A DNA stretch of 64,000 nt from Escherichia coli (GCF_003334385.1 NZ_QOWN01000022.1), one strand, 5' to 3'. Numbered from the stretch's first letter, positions 1 through 11,215 are shown. Numbers and translations are program-made. The notes: a model not told the origin generated them from the letters alone.

Positions 1-143
1 AGCAACGCGCGCTGGCGCAGGGGCTGCTCCTGCTGACCTGTGGCGCATACGGCAACGTGATTCGCTTCCTGTATCCGCTGACCATCCCGGATGCGCAATT
101 CGATGCGGCAATGAAAATTTTGCAGGATGCGCTGAGCGATTAA
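1..143 (+). CDS. puuE: 3' end of 4-aminobutyrate (class III) aminotransferase
   Basis: Open frame (codons from position 3) runs to TAA at 141-143. It translates to QRALAQGLLLLTCGAYGNVIRFLYPLTIPDAQFDAAMKILQDALSD, a GABA-aminotransferase-type C-terminus. The position upstream of pspF matches E. coli. Confidence 0.7.
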   Translation, partial: QRALAQGLLLLTCGAYGNVIRFLYPLTIPDAQFDAAMKILQDALSD

Positions 144-160
144 TAGCCCAACGCAATAAT

Positions 161-246
161 GTCTGATGCGCTGCGCTTATCAGGCCTGCAAACGACGTAT
201 TGATTATGTATGCCGAATAAAGCATTCACGCCGCATCCGGCAAGTT
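161..246. repeat. REP/BIME-type extragenic palindromes
   Basis: Contains ctgatgcgctgcgcttatcaggcc and gccgcatccggca motifs typical of E. coli REP elements, between convergent puuE and pspF. Confidence 0.7.
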
Positions 247-262
247 GTATTGCTCAACTTCG

Positions 263-1240
263 CTAAATCTGGTGCTTTTTCAACAACGCGCGGAACTGAT
301 GATAAGTTAACCCCAGTAATTCAGCCGCGCGCTTCTGGTTATATTTCCCTTGTTGCAAACTGAGTTGCAGCAACTCTTTTTCCTGCTGCATCTGAAACTC
401 ACGTAAATCCAGCGGCAGTGTTGGAAGCGAGGTGGTTTCTGAAACGGCGATAGCGTCTTCAGGCGGACGCCGTTTAAAGGGATCAATAATGATGTCATCA
501 AGCGGATAATCGCTGGTGCCGTGGCGATACACTGAACGTTCCACCACGTTTTTCAATTCACGAATATTTCCCGGCCAACGATAATTCAGCAATGTTTCTC
601 TGGCGCGCTCCGTAAACCCCGGGAACAGAGGCAGCTTGATTTCCCGACACATCTGGATGGCAAAGTATTCTGCCATCAACATTATGTCGCTTTCGCGCTC
701 GCGCAGTGGTGGCAGTTGTACAACATCAAAAGCCAGTCGGTCGAGCAGGTCAGCGCGAAAAGTGCCTTCATTGACCATCGCCGGGAGATCGGCATTCGTC
801 GCGCATACCAACCGCACATTCACCTGCAATGGCTGGCTGCCGCCAACGCGCTCCAGTTCACCGTACTCAATCACGCGCAATAATTTCTCCTGCACCATCA
901 TCGGTGCCGTAGCGAGTTCATCAAGAAATAGCGTACCGCCGTCGGCACGTTCAAATCTCCCTGGATGACGTTTTTGCGCACCGGTAAACGCCCCCGCTTC
1001 GTGACCAAACAGTTCGGAATCCAGCAGATTTTCATTTAACGCCGCGCAGTTAAGGGAAATAAACGGCCCTTGCCAACGGGAGGAGAGATAATGCAGGCGG
1101 CTGGCAATCAGCTCTTTACCGGTGCCGCGTTCGCCGATGATGAGCACCGGTTTGTCCAGCGGTGCGAGATGCGAAACCTGTTCCAGCACTTCGAGAAAGC
1201 TGTTCGCCTCACCAAGTAAATTATCTTTGTATTCTGCCAT
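263..1240 (-). CDS. pspF: sigma-54 enhancer-binding activator of the psp operon (AAA+ domain, C-terminal HTH)
   Basis: ORF-track protein carries GERGTGKE Walker A, GAFTGA sigma54-contact loop and a C-terminal HTH. The ATG at 1240 gives MAEYKDNLLGE (325 aa). The track's upstream start at 1255 is a GTG. Confidence 0.95.
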   Translation of the reverse strand: MAEYKDNLLGEANSFLEVLEQVSHLAPLDKPVLIIGERGTGKELIASRLHYLSSRWQGPFISLNCAALNENLLDSELFGHEAGAFTGAQKRHPGRFERADGGTLFLDELATAPMMVQEKLLRVIEYGELERVGGSQPLQVNVRLVCATNADLPAMVNEGTFRADLLDRLAFDVVQLPPLRERESDIMLMAEYFAIQMCREIKLPLFPGFTERARETLLNYRWPGNIRELKNVVERSVYRHGTSDYPLDDIIIDPFKRRPPEDAIAVSETTSLPTLPLDLREFQMQQEKELLQLSLQQGKYNQKRAAELLGLTYHQFRALLKKHQI

Positions 1241-1334
1241 GATGAAATTCGCCACTTGTTAGTGTAATTCGCTAACTCATCCTGGCATGTTGCTGTTGAT
1301 TCTTCAATCAGATCTTTATAAATCAAAAAGATAA

Positions 1335-2075
<741 letters not shown>

Positions 2076-2128
2076 TAACATCCAGGCGGCGTCCGAACGC
2101 GCCGCCGCTCATCGTCTAAGGAGTACTT

Positions 2129-2353
2129 ATGAGCGCGCTATTTCTGGCTATTCCGTTAACCATTTTTGTGCTGTTTGTTTTACCGATCTGGTTATGGCTG
2201 CATTACAGCAATCGTTCTGGTCGCAGTGAATTGTCGCAAAGTGAGCAGCAGCGATTAGCGCAACTGGCTGATGAAGCAAAACGGATGCGCGAACGTATTC
2301 AGGCGCTGGAATCTATTCTTGATGCAGAACATCCGAACTGGAGGGATCGCTAA
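2129..2353 (+). CDS. pspB: phage shock protein B, small membrane protein
   Basis: 74-aa ORF with an N-terminal TM segment. Operon position after pspA; ATGA-type coupling with pspC. Confidence 0.95.
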   Translation: MSALFLAIPLTIFVLFVLPIWLWLHYSNRSGRSELSQSEQQRLAQLADEAKRMRERIQALESILDAEHPNWRDR

Positions 2354-2712
2354 TGGCGGGCATTAATCTCAATAAAAAATTATGGCGTATTCCACAGCAG
2401 GGCATGGTCCGCGGCGTCTGCGCCGGGATTGCCAACTATTTTGATGTACCGGTAAAACTGGTGCGTATCCTGGTGGTGCTGTCGATTTTCTTCGGTCTGG
2501 CGCTGTTTACCCTGGTTGCTTACATCATTTTGTCATTTGCGCTTGATCCAATGCCGGACAACATGGCCTTTGGTGAGCAGCTACCTTCCAGCAGCGAATT
2601 GCTGGATGAAGTCGACCGTGAACTGGCGGCAAGTGAAACGCGTTTACGCGAGATGGAACGTTATGTCACTTCCGATACTTTCACGTTACGTAGCCGTTTC
2701 CGTCAACTGTGA
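2353..2712 (+). CDS. pspC: phage shock protein C
   Basis: 119-aa ORF with a PspC domain ([23 protein letters not shown]); its end overlaps pspD. Confidence 0.95.
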
Positions 2713-2720
2713 GGAAAGTT

Positions 2721-2942
2721 ATGAATACTCGCTGGCAACAGGCCGGGCAAAAGGTAAAGCCTGGTTTCAAATTAGCAGGCAAGCTGGTACTTCTTACCGC
2801 ACTGCGCTATGGCCCGGCGGGTGTGGCGGGCTGGGCGATAAAATCAGTTGCTCGCCGACCGCTGAAAATGTTGCTGGCTGTGGCGCTGGAACCGCTGTTA
2901 AGTCGGGCTGCTAATAAACTGGCACAGCGTTATAAAAGGTGA
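2721..2942 (+). CDS. pspD: phage shock protein D
   Basis: ATG at 2721 preceded by gaggaaag gives a 73-aa [11 protein letters not shown] protein. The track start at 2709 is 4 codons longer. Confidence 0.9.
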
Positions 2943-3016
2943 GGGGAGTTTCGCAAAAATTGTTAAATCTCAGGCGTATAATGGATGGCAATTTTCATCC
3001 ATAGAAGGACGCTTAC

Positions 3017-3331
3017 ATGTTTAAAAAAGGCTTACTTGCTCTGGCACTGGTGTTTTCACTGCCCGTTTTCGCCGCTGAACACTGGATCGATGTTCGTGTT
3101 CCAGAGCAGTATCAGCAAGAGCACGTTCAGGGGGCCATCAATATTCCCCTGAAGGAAGTGAAAGAGCGCATTGCCACCGCCGTTCCGGATAAAAACGACA
3201 CCGTGAAAGTGTATTGCAATGCCGGACGCCAGTCAGGGCAAGCAAAAGAGATCCTTAGCGAGATGGGATATACCCACGTTGAGAACGCCGGTGGCCTGAA
3301 AGACATCGCAATGCCGAAGGTCAAAGGTTAA
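3017..3331 (+). CDS. pspE: periplasmic rhodanese (thiosulfate sulfurtransferase)
   Basis: 104-aa ORF with a signal peptide and a rhodanese active-site loop (CNAGRQS). Confidence 0.95.
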   Translation: MFKKGLLALALVFSLPVFAAEHWIDVRVPEQYQQEHVQGAINIPLKEVKERIATAVPDKNDTVKVYCNAGRQSGQAKEILSEMGYTHVENAGGLKDIAMPKVKG

Positions 3332-3347
3332 AAGAATTCACCATGAG

Positions 3348-3372
3348 CGGCGCTTATGCGCCGTTTTTTTTT
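3348..3372 (+). terminator. rho-independent terminator of the psp operon
   Basis: cggcgc-ttat-gcgccg hairpin followed by a T9 run immediately after pspE. Confidence 0.85.
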
Positions 3373-3543
3373 CTGTCACACCTTATTTACATCCCCATAG
3401 ATTATTTGCGTCAGCTCACAAATACGCTTTTTCCCTGGTAAAAAATGATTTCCTGCGTGACTAAAACCCTTGTGCTCAATTGACAGTTTATTTTCTGCGG
3501 AGTAGTCTCTCGTTTCATGGGACCGCTACCACGGAAAGGCAAC

Positions 3544-5223
3544 ATGAAACAGAAAATTACGGATTACCTGGACGAAATCTACGGTGGAACATTTACCGCA
3601 ACTCATTTACAGAAACTTGTAACGCGTCTTGAGAGTGCGAAACGATTAATTACACAGCGACGTAAAAAACACTGGGATGAAAGTGATGTCGTGTTAATTA
3701 CCTATGCCGATCAATTTCACAGCAATGATTTAAAACCATTACCCACATTTAATCAGTTTTACCATCAATGGCTGCAAAGCATTTTTTCACATGTTCATTT
3801 GTTGCCGTTTTATCCATGGTCATCTGATGATGGCTTTTCGGTAATTGATTATCATCAGGTCGCCAGTGAAGCGGGGGAGTGGCAGGATATTCAGCAACTC
3901 GGTGAATGCAGTCATTTAATGTTTGATTTTGTCTGCAACCATATGTCGGCAAAAAGTGAATGGTTTAAAAACTATTTACAACAGCATCCAGGTTTTGAAG
4001 ATTTTTTTATTGCCGTTGACCCGCAAACCGATCTCAGCGCCGTCACTCGCCCGCGTGCGTTACCGTTATTAACGCCATTCCAGATGCGCGATCATTCAAC
4101 GCGCCATTTATGGACCACCTTTAGTGACGATCAAATTGACCTGAATTACCGTAGCCCTGAAGTGTTGCTGGCGATGGTGGATGTTTTACTCTGTTACCTT
4201 GCGAAAGGTGCTGAGTATGTCCGCCTGGATGCCGTTGGCTTTATGTGGAAAGAGCCGGGAACAAGCTGCATCCATCTGGAAAAAACACATCTGATTATCA
4301 AACTGTTACGGTCGATTATTGATAACGTTGCGCCAGGTACAGTGATCATTACCGAGACCAATGTTCCGCATAAAGACAACATTGCTTACTTTGGCGCAGG
4401 CGATGACGAAGCACATATGGTGTACCAGTTCTCGCTGCCGCCACTGGTGCTGCATGCGGTGCAAAAACAGAACGTTGAGGCGCTTTGTGCGTGGGCGCAA
4501 AACCTGACACTACCTTCCAGCAACACCACCTGGTTTAACTTCCTCGCCTCTCACGATGGCATCGGGCTAAACCCGCTACGGGGCTTGTTGCCTGAAAGCG
4601 AAATATTAGAGCTGGTCGAGGCGTTACAGCAGGAAGGTGCATTAGTAAACTGGAAAAATAATCCCGACGGTACACGCAGTCCGTATGAAATAAATGTGAC
4701 CTATATGGATGCGTTAAGCCGCCGTGAGAGTAGCGATGAAGAACGTTGCGCCAGGTTTATCCTTGCCCATGCGATTTTGTTAAGTTTCCCCGGTGTGCCA
4801 GCGATATATATTCAAAGTATTCTTGGCTCGCGTAATGATTACGCAGGTGTCGAAAAACTCGGATATAACCGTGCGATTAACCGTAAAAAATATCACAGTA
4901 AAGAGATAACCCGAGAACTGAACGATGAAGCTACATTAAGGCATGCGGTATATCATGAGTTGTCGCGTTTAATTACACTTCGTCGCAGCCATAACGAGTT
5001 TCATCCGGATAATAATTTTACCATTGATACGATTAATTCATCCGTAATGCGTATTCAAAGAAGTAACGCTGATGGTAATTGTCTGACTGGATTGTTTAAT
5101 GTCAGTAAAAATATTCAGCATGTAAATATTACTAATCTGCATGGTCGGGATCTGATTAGTGAAGTTGATATATTGGGTAATGAAATAACGCTGCGCCCCT
5201 GGCAGGTTATGTGGATTAAATAA
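3544..5223 (+). CDS. ycjM: GH13_18 sucrose-phosphorylase-family enzyme (glucosylglycerate phosphorylase)
   Basis: ATG at 3544 gives a 559-aa MKQKITDYLDEIYGG protein; recognised as YcjM. Confidence 0.93.
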   Translation: MKQKITDYLDEIYGGTFTATHLQKLVTRLESAKRLITQRRKKHWDESDVVLITYADQFHSNDLKPLPTFNQFYHQWLQSIFSHVHLLPFYPWSSDDGFSVIDYHQVASEAGEWQDIQQLGECSHLMFDFVCNHMSAKSEWFKNYLQQHPGFEDFFIAVDPQTDLSAVTRPRALPLLTPFQMRDHSTRHLWTTFSDDQIDLNYRSPEVLLAMVDVLLCYLAKGAEYVRLDAVGFMWKEPGTSCIHLEKTHLIIKLLRSIIDNVAPGTVIITETNVPHKDNIAYFGAGDDEAHMVYQFSLPPLVLHAVQKQNVEALCAWAQNLTLPSSNTTWFNFLASHDGIGLNPLRGLLPESEILELVEALQQEGALVNWKNNPDGTRSPYEINVTYMDALSRRESSDEERCARFILAHAILLSFPGVPAIYIQSILGSRNDYAGVEKLGYNRAINRKKYHSKEITRELNDEATLRHAVYHELSRLITLRRSHNEFHPDNNFTIDTINSSVMRIQRSNADGNCLTGLFNVSKNIQHVNITNLHGRDLISEVDILGNEITLRPWQVMWIK

Positions 5224-5236
5224 AAAGGAACATCTC

Positions 5237-6529
5237 ATGATTAAATCAAAAATCGTGCTGTTATCAGCACTGGTTTCATGCGCCCTGATTTCAGGCTGTA
5301 AAGAAGAAAATAAAACGAATGTATCCATCGAATTTATGCATTCTTCGGTGGAGCAGGAGCGCCAGGCCGTTATCAGTAAATTGATTGCCCGTTTTGAAAA
5401 AGAAAACCCTGGCATCACCGTTAAGCAAGTGCCCGTGGAAGAAGATGCCTATAACACTAAAGTCATTACTCTTTCACGTAGCGGTTCGCTGCCGGAAGTG
5501 ATCGAAACCAGCCATGACTACGCCAAAGTGATGGACAAAGAGCAGCTTATCGATCGCAAAGCGGTTGCCACAGTCATCAGCAACGTTGGTGAAGGCGCGT
5601 TTTACGATGGCGTACTGCGTATTGTGCGTACCGAAGATGGTAGCGCATGGACCGGTGTTCCTGTCAGCGCCTGGATTGGCGGTATCTGGTATCGCAAAGA
5701 TGTGCTGGCAAAAGCGGGGCTTGAGGAGCCGAAAAACTGGCAACAGCTGCTGGACGTTGCACAGAAACTGAATGACCCGGCGAATAAAAAATACGGCATT
5801 GCGCTGCCTACAGCAGAAAGCGTGTTGACGGAACAATCCTTCTCCCAGTTTGCGTTATCCAACCAGGCTAACGTCTTTAACGCCGAAGGCAAAATCACCC
5901 TTGATACACCAGAGATGATGCAGGCACTGACCTATTACCGCGACCTTGCTGCCAACACTATGCCGGGTTCTAACGACATCATGGAAGTGAAAGACGCCTT
6001 TATGAACGGCACCGCGCCGATGGCGATTTACTCCACCTATATCCTTCCGGCTGTGATTAAAGAAGGCGACCCGAAAAACGTCGGTTTCGTGGTGCCAACC
6101 GAGAAAAACTCTGCGGTCTACGGCATGTTGACCTCGCTGACCATTACCGCCGGGCAAAAGACCGAAGAGACGGAAGCAGCAGAAAAATTTGTCACCTTTA
6201 TGGAGCAGGCAGACAACATTGCCGACTGGGTGATGATGTCGCCAGGTGCTGCGCTGCCGGTGAATAAAGCGGTGGTGACTACCGCCACCTGGAAAGACAA
6301 CGACGTTATTAAGGCGCTGGGTGAACTACTGAATCAGCTAATCGGTGAACTGCCAAATATTCAGGTTTTTGGCGCAGTAGGGGATAAAAACTTTACCCGC
6401 ATGGGTGATGTGACGGGTTCTGGCGTGGTGAGTTCAATGGTGCATAACGTCACCGTGGGTAAAGCCGATCTCTCTACTACGCTGCAAGCGAGCCAGAAAA
6501 AACTGGATGAACTGATCGAACAGCACTAA
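5237..6529 (+). CDS. ycjN: ABC transporter periplasmic sugar-binding lipoprotein
   Basis: 430-aa ORF with lipobox LISGC and a family-1 solute-binding fold. Confidence 0.93.
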   Translation: MIKSKIVLLSALVSCALISGCKEENKTNVSIEFMHSSVEQERQAVISKLIARFEKENPGITVKQVPVEEDAYNTKVITLSRSGSLPEVIETSHDYAKVMDKEQLIDRKAVATVISNVGEGAFYDGVLRIVRTEDGSAWTGVPVSAWIGGIWYRKDVLAKAGLEEPKNWQQLLDVAQKLNDPANKKYGIALPTAESVLTEQSFSQFALSNQANVFNAEGKITLDTPEMMQALTYYRDLAANTMPGSNDIMEVKDAFMNGTAPMAIYSTYILPAVIKEGDPKNVGFVVPTEKNSAVYGMLTSLTITAGQKTEETEAAEKFVTFMEQADNIADWVMMSPGAALPVNKAVVTTATWKDNDVIKALGELLNQLIGELPNIQVFGAVGDKNFTRMGDVTGSGVVSSMVHNVTVGKADLSTTLQASQKKLDELIEQH

Positions 6530-6549
6530 ACCCAGGACAGGAATCCGCA

Positions 6550-7431
6550 ATGAACAGGCTTTTTTCAGGTCGTTCCGATATGCCCTTTGCGCTGCTGCTT
6601 CTCGCGCCCAGCTTATTACTGCTGGGCGGTCTGGTGGCGTGGCCGATGGTGTCGAATATCGAAATCAGTTTTTTACGTCTGCCGCTCAATCCCAACATCG
6701 AGTCAACGTTTGTTGGGGTGAGCAACTATGTGCGTATCCTCTCCGATCCCGGCTTCTGGCATTCGCTGTGGATGACGGTCTGGTATACCGCGCTGGTGGT
6801 GGCGGGCAGCACCGTGCTCGGGCTGGCGGTGGCGATGTTTTTCAACCGCGAGTTCCGCCTGCGCAAAACCGCGCGTTCGCTGGTGATCCTCTCCTACGTA
6901 ACGCCGTCCATTTCGCTGGTGTTCGCCTGGAAATACATGTTCAACAACGGCTACGGCATTGTTAACTACCTCGGCGTCGATCTTCTGCATCTCTATGAGC
7001 AGGCACCGCTGTGGTTCGATAATCCGGGCAGTAGCTTTGTGCTGGTGGTGCTGTTCGCCATCTGGCGCTACTTCCCGTATGCCTTTATCTCGTTTCTGGC
7101 GATTTTGCAGACCATCGACAAATCGCTGTACGAAGCGGCAGAGATGGATGGCGCTAATGCCTGGCAACGGTTTCGTATCGTCACGCTGCCCGCAATTATG
7201 CCGGTCCTGGCGACGGTGGTGACACTGCGCACCATCTGGATGTTCTACATGTTCGCGGATGTTTATTTGCTGACGACCAAGGTCGATATTCTCGGTGTAT
7301 ATCTCTACAAAACCGCCTTTGCCTTTAATGATTTAGGAAAAGCGGCGGCGATCTCGGTGGTGCTCTTCATCATTATTTTCGCTGTCATTCTGCTGACCAG
7401 GAAACGGGTGAACCTCAATGGCAACAAATAA
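6550..7431 (+). CDS. ycjO: ABC sugar transporter permease (MalF-like)
   Basis: 293-aa polytopic ORF with an EAA loop (YEAAEMDGANAWQRF). Confidence 0.93.
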   Translation: MNRLFSGRSDMPFALLLLAPSLLLLGGLVAWPMVSNIEISFLRLPLNPNIESTFVGVSNYVRILSDPGFWHSLWMTVWYTALVVAGSTVLGLAVAMFFNREFRLRKTARSLVILSYVTPSISLVFAWKYMFNNGYGIVNYLGVDLLHLYEQAPLWFDNPGSSFVLVVLFAIWRYFPYAFISFLAILQTIDKSLYEAAEMDGANAWQRFRIVTLPAIMPVLATVVTLRTIWMFYMFADVYLLTTKVDILGVYLYKTAFAFNDLGKAAAISVVLFIIIFAVILLTRKRVNLNGNK

Positions 7432-8260
7432 ACGCACACTCAGTCGCATCGGTTTTTACTGCGGGCTGGCGCTGTTTCTCATCATCACGCTGTTTCCATT
7501 TTTTGTGATGCTGATGACCTCGTTCAAGGGCGCGAAAGAGGCGATCTCACTGCATCCTACGCTGCTGCCGCAGCAGTGGACGCTGGAGCATTACGTCGAC
7601 ATTTTTAACCCGATGATTTTCCCGTTTGTCGACTACTTCCGTAACAGTCTGGTGGTGTCTGTGGTTTCATCCGTGGTGGCGGTATTCCTCGGCATTCTTG
7701 GGGCTTACGCGCTTTCCCGCCTGCGCTTTAAAGGTCGGATGACCATCAACGCCAGCTTTTACACGGTGTATATGTTCTCTGGCATTTTGCTGGTGGTGCC
7801 GCTTTTCAAAATCATCACCGCGCTTGGCATTTACGACACTGAGATGGCGCTGATCATCACCATGGTGACGCAAACTCTGCCCACCGCCGTGTTTATGCTG
7901 AAAAGCTACTTCGACACCATCCCCGATGAGATCGAAGAAGCGGCGATGATGGATGGCCTCAACCGTCTGCAAATTATCTTCCGCATCACCGTGCCGTTGG
8001 CGATGTCCGGGCTGATATCCGTGTTCGTCTACTGCTTTATGGTGGCGTGGAACGACTATCTGTTTGCGTCGATTTTCCTCTCCAGCGCCAGCAATTTCAC
8101 CTTACCGGTGGGCCTGAACGCGCTGTTCAGTACGCCAGATTACATCTGGGGACGGATGATGGCGGCCTCACTGGTGACCGCATTGCCGGTGGTGATTATG
8201 TATGCGCTTTCGGAACGTTTTATTAAGAGTGGTTTGACCGCCGGTGGCGTGAAGGGCTAA
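7418..8260 (+). CDS. ycjP: ABC sugar transporter permease (MalG-like)
   Basis: 280-aa polytopic ORF with an EAA loop (EEAAMMDGLNRLQ); overlaps the ycjO end. Confidence 0.93.
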   Translation: MATNKRTLSRIGFYCGLALFLIITLFPFFVMLMTSFKGAKEAISLHPTLLPQQWTLEHYVDIFNPMIFPFVDYFRNSLVVSVVSSVVAVFLGILGAYALSRLRFKGRMTINASFYTVYMFSGILLVVPLFKIITALGIYDTEMALIITMVTQTLPTAVFMLKSYFDTIPDEIEEAAMMDGLNRLQIIFRITVPLAMSGLISVFVYCFMVAWNDYLFASIFLSSASNFTLPVGLNALFSTPDYIWGRMMAASLVTALPVVIMYALSERFIKSGLTAGGVKG

Positions 8261-8290
8261 AGCGGCCAGTTTCTTTACAAGGAGTTTTAA

Positions 8291-9343
8291 ATGAAAAAGT
8301 TAGTAGCCACAGCACCGCGTGTTGCTGCGCTGGTTGAGTATGAAGATCGGGCGATTTTAGCTAATGAAGTGAAGATCCGCGTGCGTTTCGGCGCACCGAA
8401 ACACGGAACGGAAGTGGTCGACTTCCGCGCCGCCAGCCCGTTTATTGATGAAGACTTTAACGGCGAATGGCAGATGTTCACTCCGCGTCCGGCAGATGCG
8501 CCGCGCGGCATTGAGTTTGGCAAATTCCAGCTTGGCAACATGGTGGTTGGCGACATTATCGAGTGCGGCAGCGACGTTACCGACTACGCGGTGGGCGACA
8601 GCGTATGCGGCTACGGCCCGCTCTCCGAGACGGTCATCATTAACGCAGTGAATAACTACAAGCTGCGCAAAATGCCGCAAGGCAGCTCCTGGAAAAACGC
8701 CGTCTGCTACGACCCGGCGCAGTTTGCCATGAGCGGCGTGCGCGATGCCAACGTGCGCGTAGGGGATTTTGTGGTGGTGGTAGGGCTTGGCGCAATCGGT
8801 CAAATTGCCATCCAACTGGCTAAACGCGCTGGCGCTTCTGTGGTGATTGGCGTCGATCCTATCGCCCATCGCTGTGATATTGCCCGTCGCCACGGCGCGG
8901 ATTTCTGCCTTAACCCCATCGGCACTGATGTAGGTAAAGAGATCAAAACGCTGACCGGCAAGCAGGGTGCCGATGTGATTATCGAAACCAGCGGCTACGC
9001 CGACGCGCTGCAATCGGCGCTCCGCGGTCTGGCTTATGGCGGCACCATCTCCTATGTCGCGTTTGCCAAGCCGTTTGCCGAAGGTTTTAACCTCGGACGC
9101 GAAGCGCATTTCAATAACGCCAAAATTGTCTTCTCTCGCGCGTGCAGCGAACCGAACCCGGATTATCCGCGCTGGAGCCGCAAGCGTATTGAAGAAACCT
9201 GTTGGGAACTGCTGATGAACGGTTATCTCAATTGCGAAGATTTAATCGACCCGGTGGTGACCTTTGCCAATAGCCCGGAAAGCTATATGCAGTATGTCGA
9301 CCAGCATCCGGAACAGAGCATCAAAATGGGCGTTACGTTTTAA
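8291..9343 (+). CDS. ycjQ: Zn-dependent MDR-family dehydrogenase (D-guloside 3-dehydrogenase)
   Basis: 350-aa ORF with a Rossmann motif VVVVGLGAIG; recognised as YcjQ. Confidence 0.92.
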   Translation: MKKLVATAPRVAALVEYEDRAILANEVKIRVRFGAPKHGTEVVDFRAASPFIDEDFNGEWQMFTPRPADAPRGIEFGKFQLGNMVVGDIIECGSDVTDYAVGDSVCGYGPLSETVIINAVNNYKLRKMPQGSSWKNAVCYDPAQFAMSGVRDANVRVGDFVVVVGLGAIGQIAIQLAKRAGASVVIGVDPIAHRCDIARRHGADFCLNPIGTDVGKEIKTLTGKQGADVIIETSGYADALQSALRGLAYGGTISYVAFAKPFAEGFNLGREAHFNNAKIVFSRACSEPNPDYPRWSRKRIEETCWELLMNGYLNCEDLIDPVVTFANSPESYMQYVDQHPEQSIKMGVTF

Positions 9344-9361
9344 TTCAAAGGAATGAAAAAA

Positions 9362-10150
9362 ATGAAAATCGGCACACAGAATCAGGCGTTCTTTCCGGAA
9401 AACATTCTGGAGAAATTTCGTTATATCAAAGAGATGGGCTTCGATGGTTTTGAGATTGACGGCAAACTGCTGGTTAACAACATCGAAGAAGTCAAAGCGG
9501 CGATCAAAGAAACCGGTTTACCGGTGACCACCGCCTGCGGTGGCTATGACGGATGGATTGGCGACTTTATCGAAGAGCGTCGTCTTAATGGCTTAAAGCA
9601 GATCGAGCGCATTCTCGAAGCGCTGGCAGAAGTGGGCGGTAAAGGCATCGTCGTTCCGGCTGCGTGGGGCATGTTTACCTTCCGCTTACCGCCGATGACC
9701 TCGCCGCGTAGCCTGGACGGCGACCGCAAAATGGTGAGTGATTCCCTGCGCGTACTGGAACAGGTCGCCGCGCGTACCGGAACCGTGGTGTATCTCGAAC
9801 CGTTAAACCGCTATCAGGATCATATGATCAACACCCTCGCCGATGCCCGCCGTTACATCGTCGAAAACGATCTTAAACATGTACAGATTATCGGCGATTT
9901 CTATCACATGAATATCGAAGAAGATAACCTGGCGCAGGCGCTGCATGACAACCGCGACCTGCTCGGTCATGTGCATATTGCGGATAACCATCGCTACCAG
10001 CCGGGCAGCGGCACCCTGGATTTCCACGCGCTGTTTGAACAGCTGCGCGCGGATAACTATCAGGGCTATGTAGTGTACGAAGGGCGTATCCGGGCGGAAG
10101 ATCCTGCCCAGGCGTACCGTGATTCGTTGGCCTGGTTGCGTACCTGCTAA
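9362..10150 (+). CDS. ycjR: xylose-isomerase-like TIM barrel epimerase (3-keto-D-guloside 4-epimerase)
   Basis: MKIGTQNQAFFPE start gives 262 aa; the track ORF starts 3 codons earlier at 9353. Confidence 0.9.
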   Translation: MKIGTQNQAFFPENILEKFRYIKEMGFDGFEIDGKLLVNNIEEVKAAIKETGLPVTTACGGYDGWIGDFIEERRLNGLKQIERILEALAEVGGKGIVVPAAWGMFTFRLPPMTSPRSLDGDRKMVSDSLRVLEQVAARTGTVVYLEPLNRYQDHMINTLADARRYIVENDLKHVQIIGDFYHMNIEEDNLAQALHDNRDLLGHVHIADNHRYQPGSGTLDFHALFEQLRADNYQGYVVYEGRIRAEDPAQAYRDSLAWLRTC

Positions 10151-10159
10151 GAGGTCTTT

Positions 10160-11215
10160 GTGAAAAGTGCAATGACAAGCTCTCCGCTGCGGGTCGCGAT
10201 AATAGGCGCAGGCCAGGTGGCGGATAAGGTTCATGCTTCGTACTACTGCACCCGCAACGATCTGGAACTGGTGGCTGTCTGTGACAGCCGCCTTTCCCAG
10301 GCGCAGGCGCTGGCAGAAAAATACGGGAATGCATCCGTGTGGGACGATCCGCAGGCCATGCTGCTGGCGGTGAAACCTGATGTGGTTAGCGTCTGCTCAC
10401 CTAACCGTTTTCATTACGAACATACCCTGATGGCACTGGAAGCGGGCTGCCATGTGATGTGCGAAAAACCGCCCGCCATGACGCCAGAACAGGCGCGGGA
10501 AATGTGCGATACCGCGCGCAAACTGGGCAAGGTGCTGGCCTACGACTTTCACCATCGTTTTGCGCTCGATACGCAACAGCTGCGTGAACAGGTGACCAAC
10601 GGCGTTTTGGGAGAGATTTACGTTACCACCGCCCGCGCCCTGCGTCGCTGCGGCGTTCCCGGCTGGGGTGTCTTTACCAATAAAGAACTGCAGGGTGGTG
10701 GCCCGCTGATCGACATCGGCATTCATATGCTGGATGCTGCGATGTATGTGCTGGGCTTTCCGGCGGTGAAAAGCGTGAATGCGCATAGCTTTCAAAAGAT
10801 CGGCACGCAAAAGAGCTGTGGTCAATTTGGTGAGTGGGATCCGGCAACTTACAGCGTCGAAGATTCGCTGTTTGGCACCATTGAATTTCATAACGGCGGC
10901 ATTCTGTGGCTGGAAACGTCATTTGCACTCAACATCCGCGAACAGTCGATTATGAACGTCAGCTTTTGTGGTGATAAAGCTGGTGCGACGCTGTTTCCAG
11001 CACATATCTACACCGATAACAACGGTGAATTAATGACGCTGATGCAACGGGAAATGGCAGACGACAACCGCCATTTGCGCAGCATGGAAGCCTTTATCAA
11101 TCACGTACAGGGCAAGCCCGTGATGATAGCCGACGCCGAGCAGGGGTACATCATCCAGCAACTGGTGGCGGCGTTGTATCAATCCGCAGAAACAGGGACG
11201 CGTGTGGAATTATGA
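10160..11215 (+). CDS. ycjS: Gfo/Idh/MocA-family oxidoreductase (D-glucoside 3-dehydrogenase)
   Basis: 351-aa ORF with a GTG start and N-terminal Rossmann motif VAIIGAGQVA. Confidence 0.92.
   Translation: MKSAMTSSPLRVAIIGAGQVADKVHASYYCTRNDLELVAVCDSRLSQAQALAEKYGNASVWDDPQAMLLAVKPDVVSVCSPNRFHYEHTLMALEAGCHVMCEKPPAMTPEQAREMCDTARKLGKVLAYDFHHRFALDTQQLREQVTNGVLGEIYVTTARALRRCGVPGWGVFTNKELQGGGPLIDIGIHMLDAAMYVLGFPAVKSVNAHSFQKIGTQKSCGQFGEWDPATYSVEDSLFGTIEFHNGGILWLETSFALNIREQSIMNVSFCGDKAGATLFPAHIYTDNNGELMTLMQREMADDNRHLRSMEAFINHVQGKPVMIADAEQGYIIQQLVAALYQSAETGTRVEL

Noticed and set aside
166-363. 65-aa plus-strand ORF spanning the REP elements and the pspF 3' end
   Set aside because: It is made of REP palindrome sequence plus antisense pspF. 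It has no start context.
2085-2106. GC-rich hairpin ggcggcg-N8-cgccgcc between pspA and pspB, considered as a terminator
   Set aside because: No T-run follows it, and pspBCDE must be co-transcribed. It may act as an mRNA-stabilising or partial attenuating stem-loop, but I cannot support a terminator call.
8357-9109. 250-aa ORF on the minus strand, with similar long antisense ORFs at 10397-10891, 35640-36185, 17986-18387, 53676-54251 and 53959-54459
   Set aside because: - Each lies entirely antisense to a well-supported gene (ycjQ, ycjS, abgA, ycjX, ydaU/ydaV).
- Their sequences are low-complexity and Arg/Ala/His-rich, as expected for shadow frames in GC-rich coding DNA.
- They have no SD or start context.
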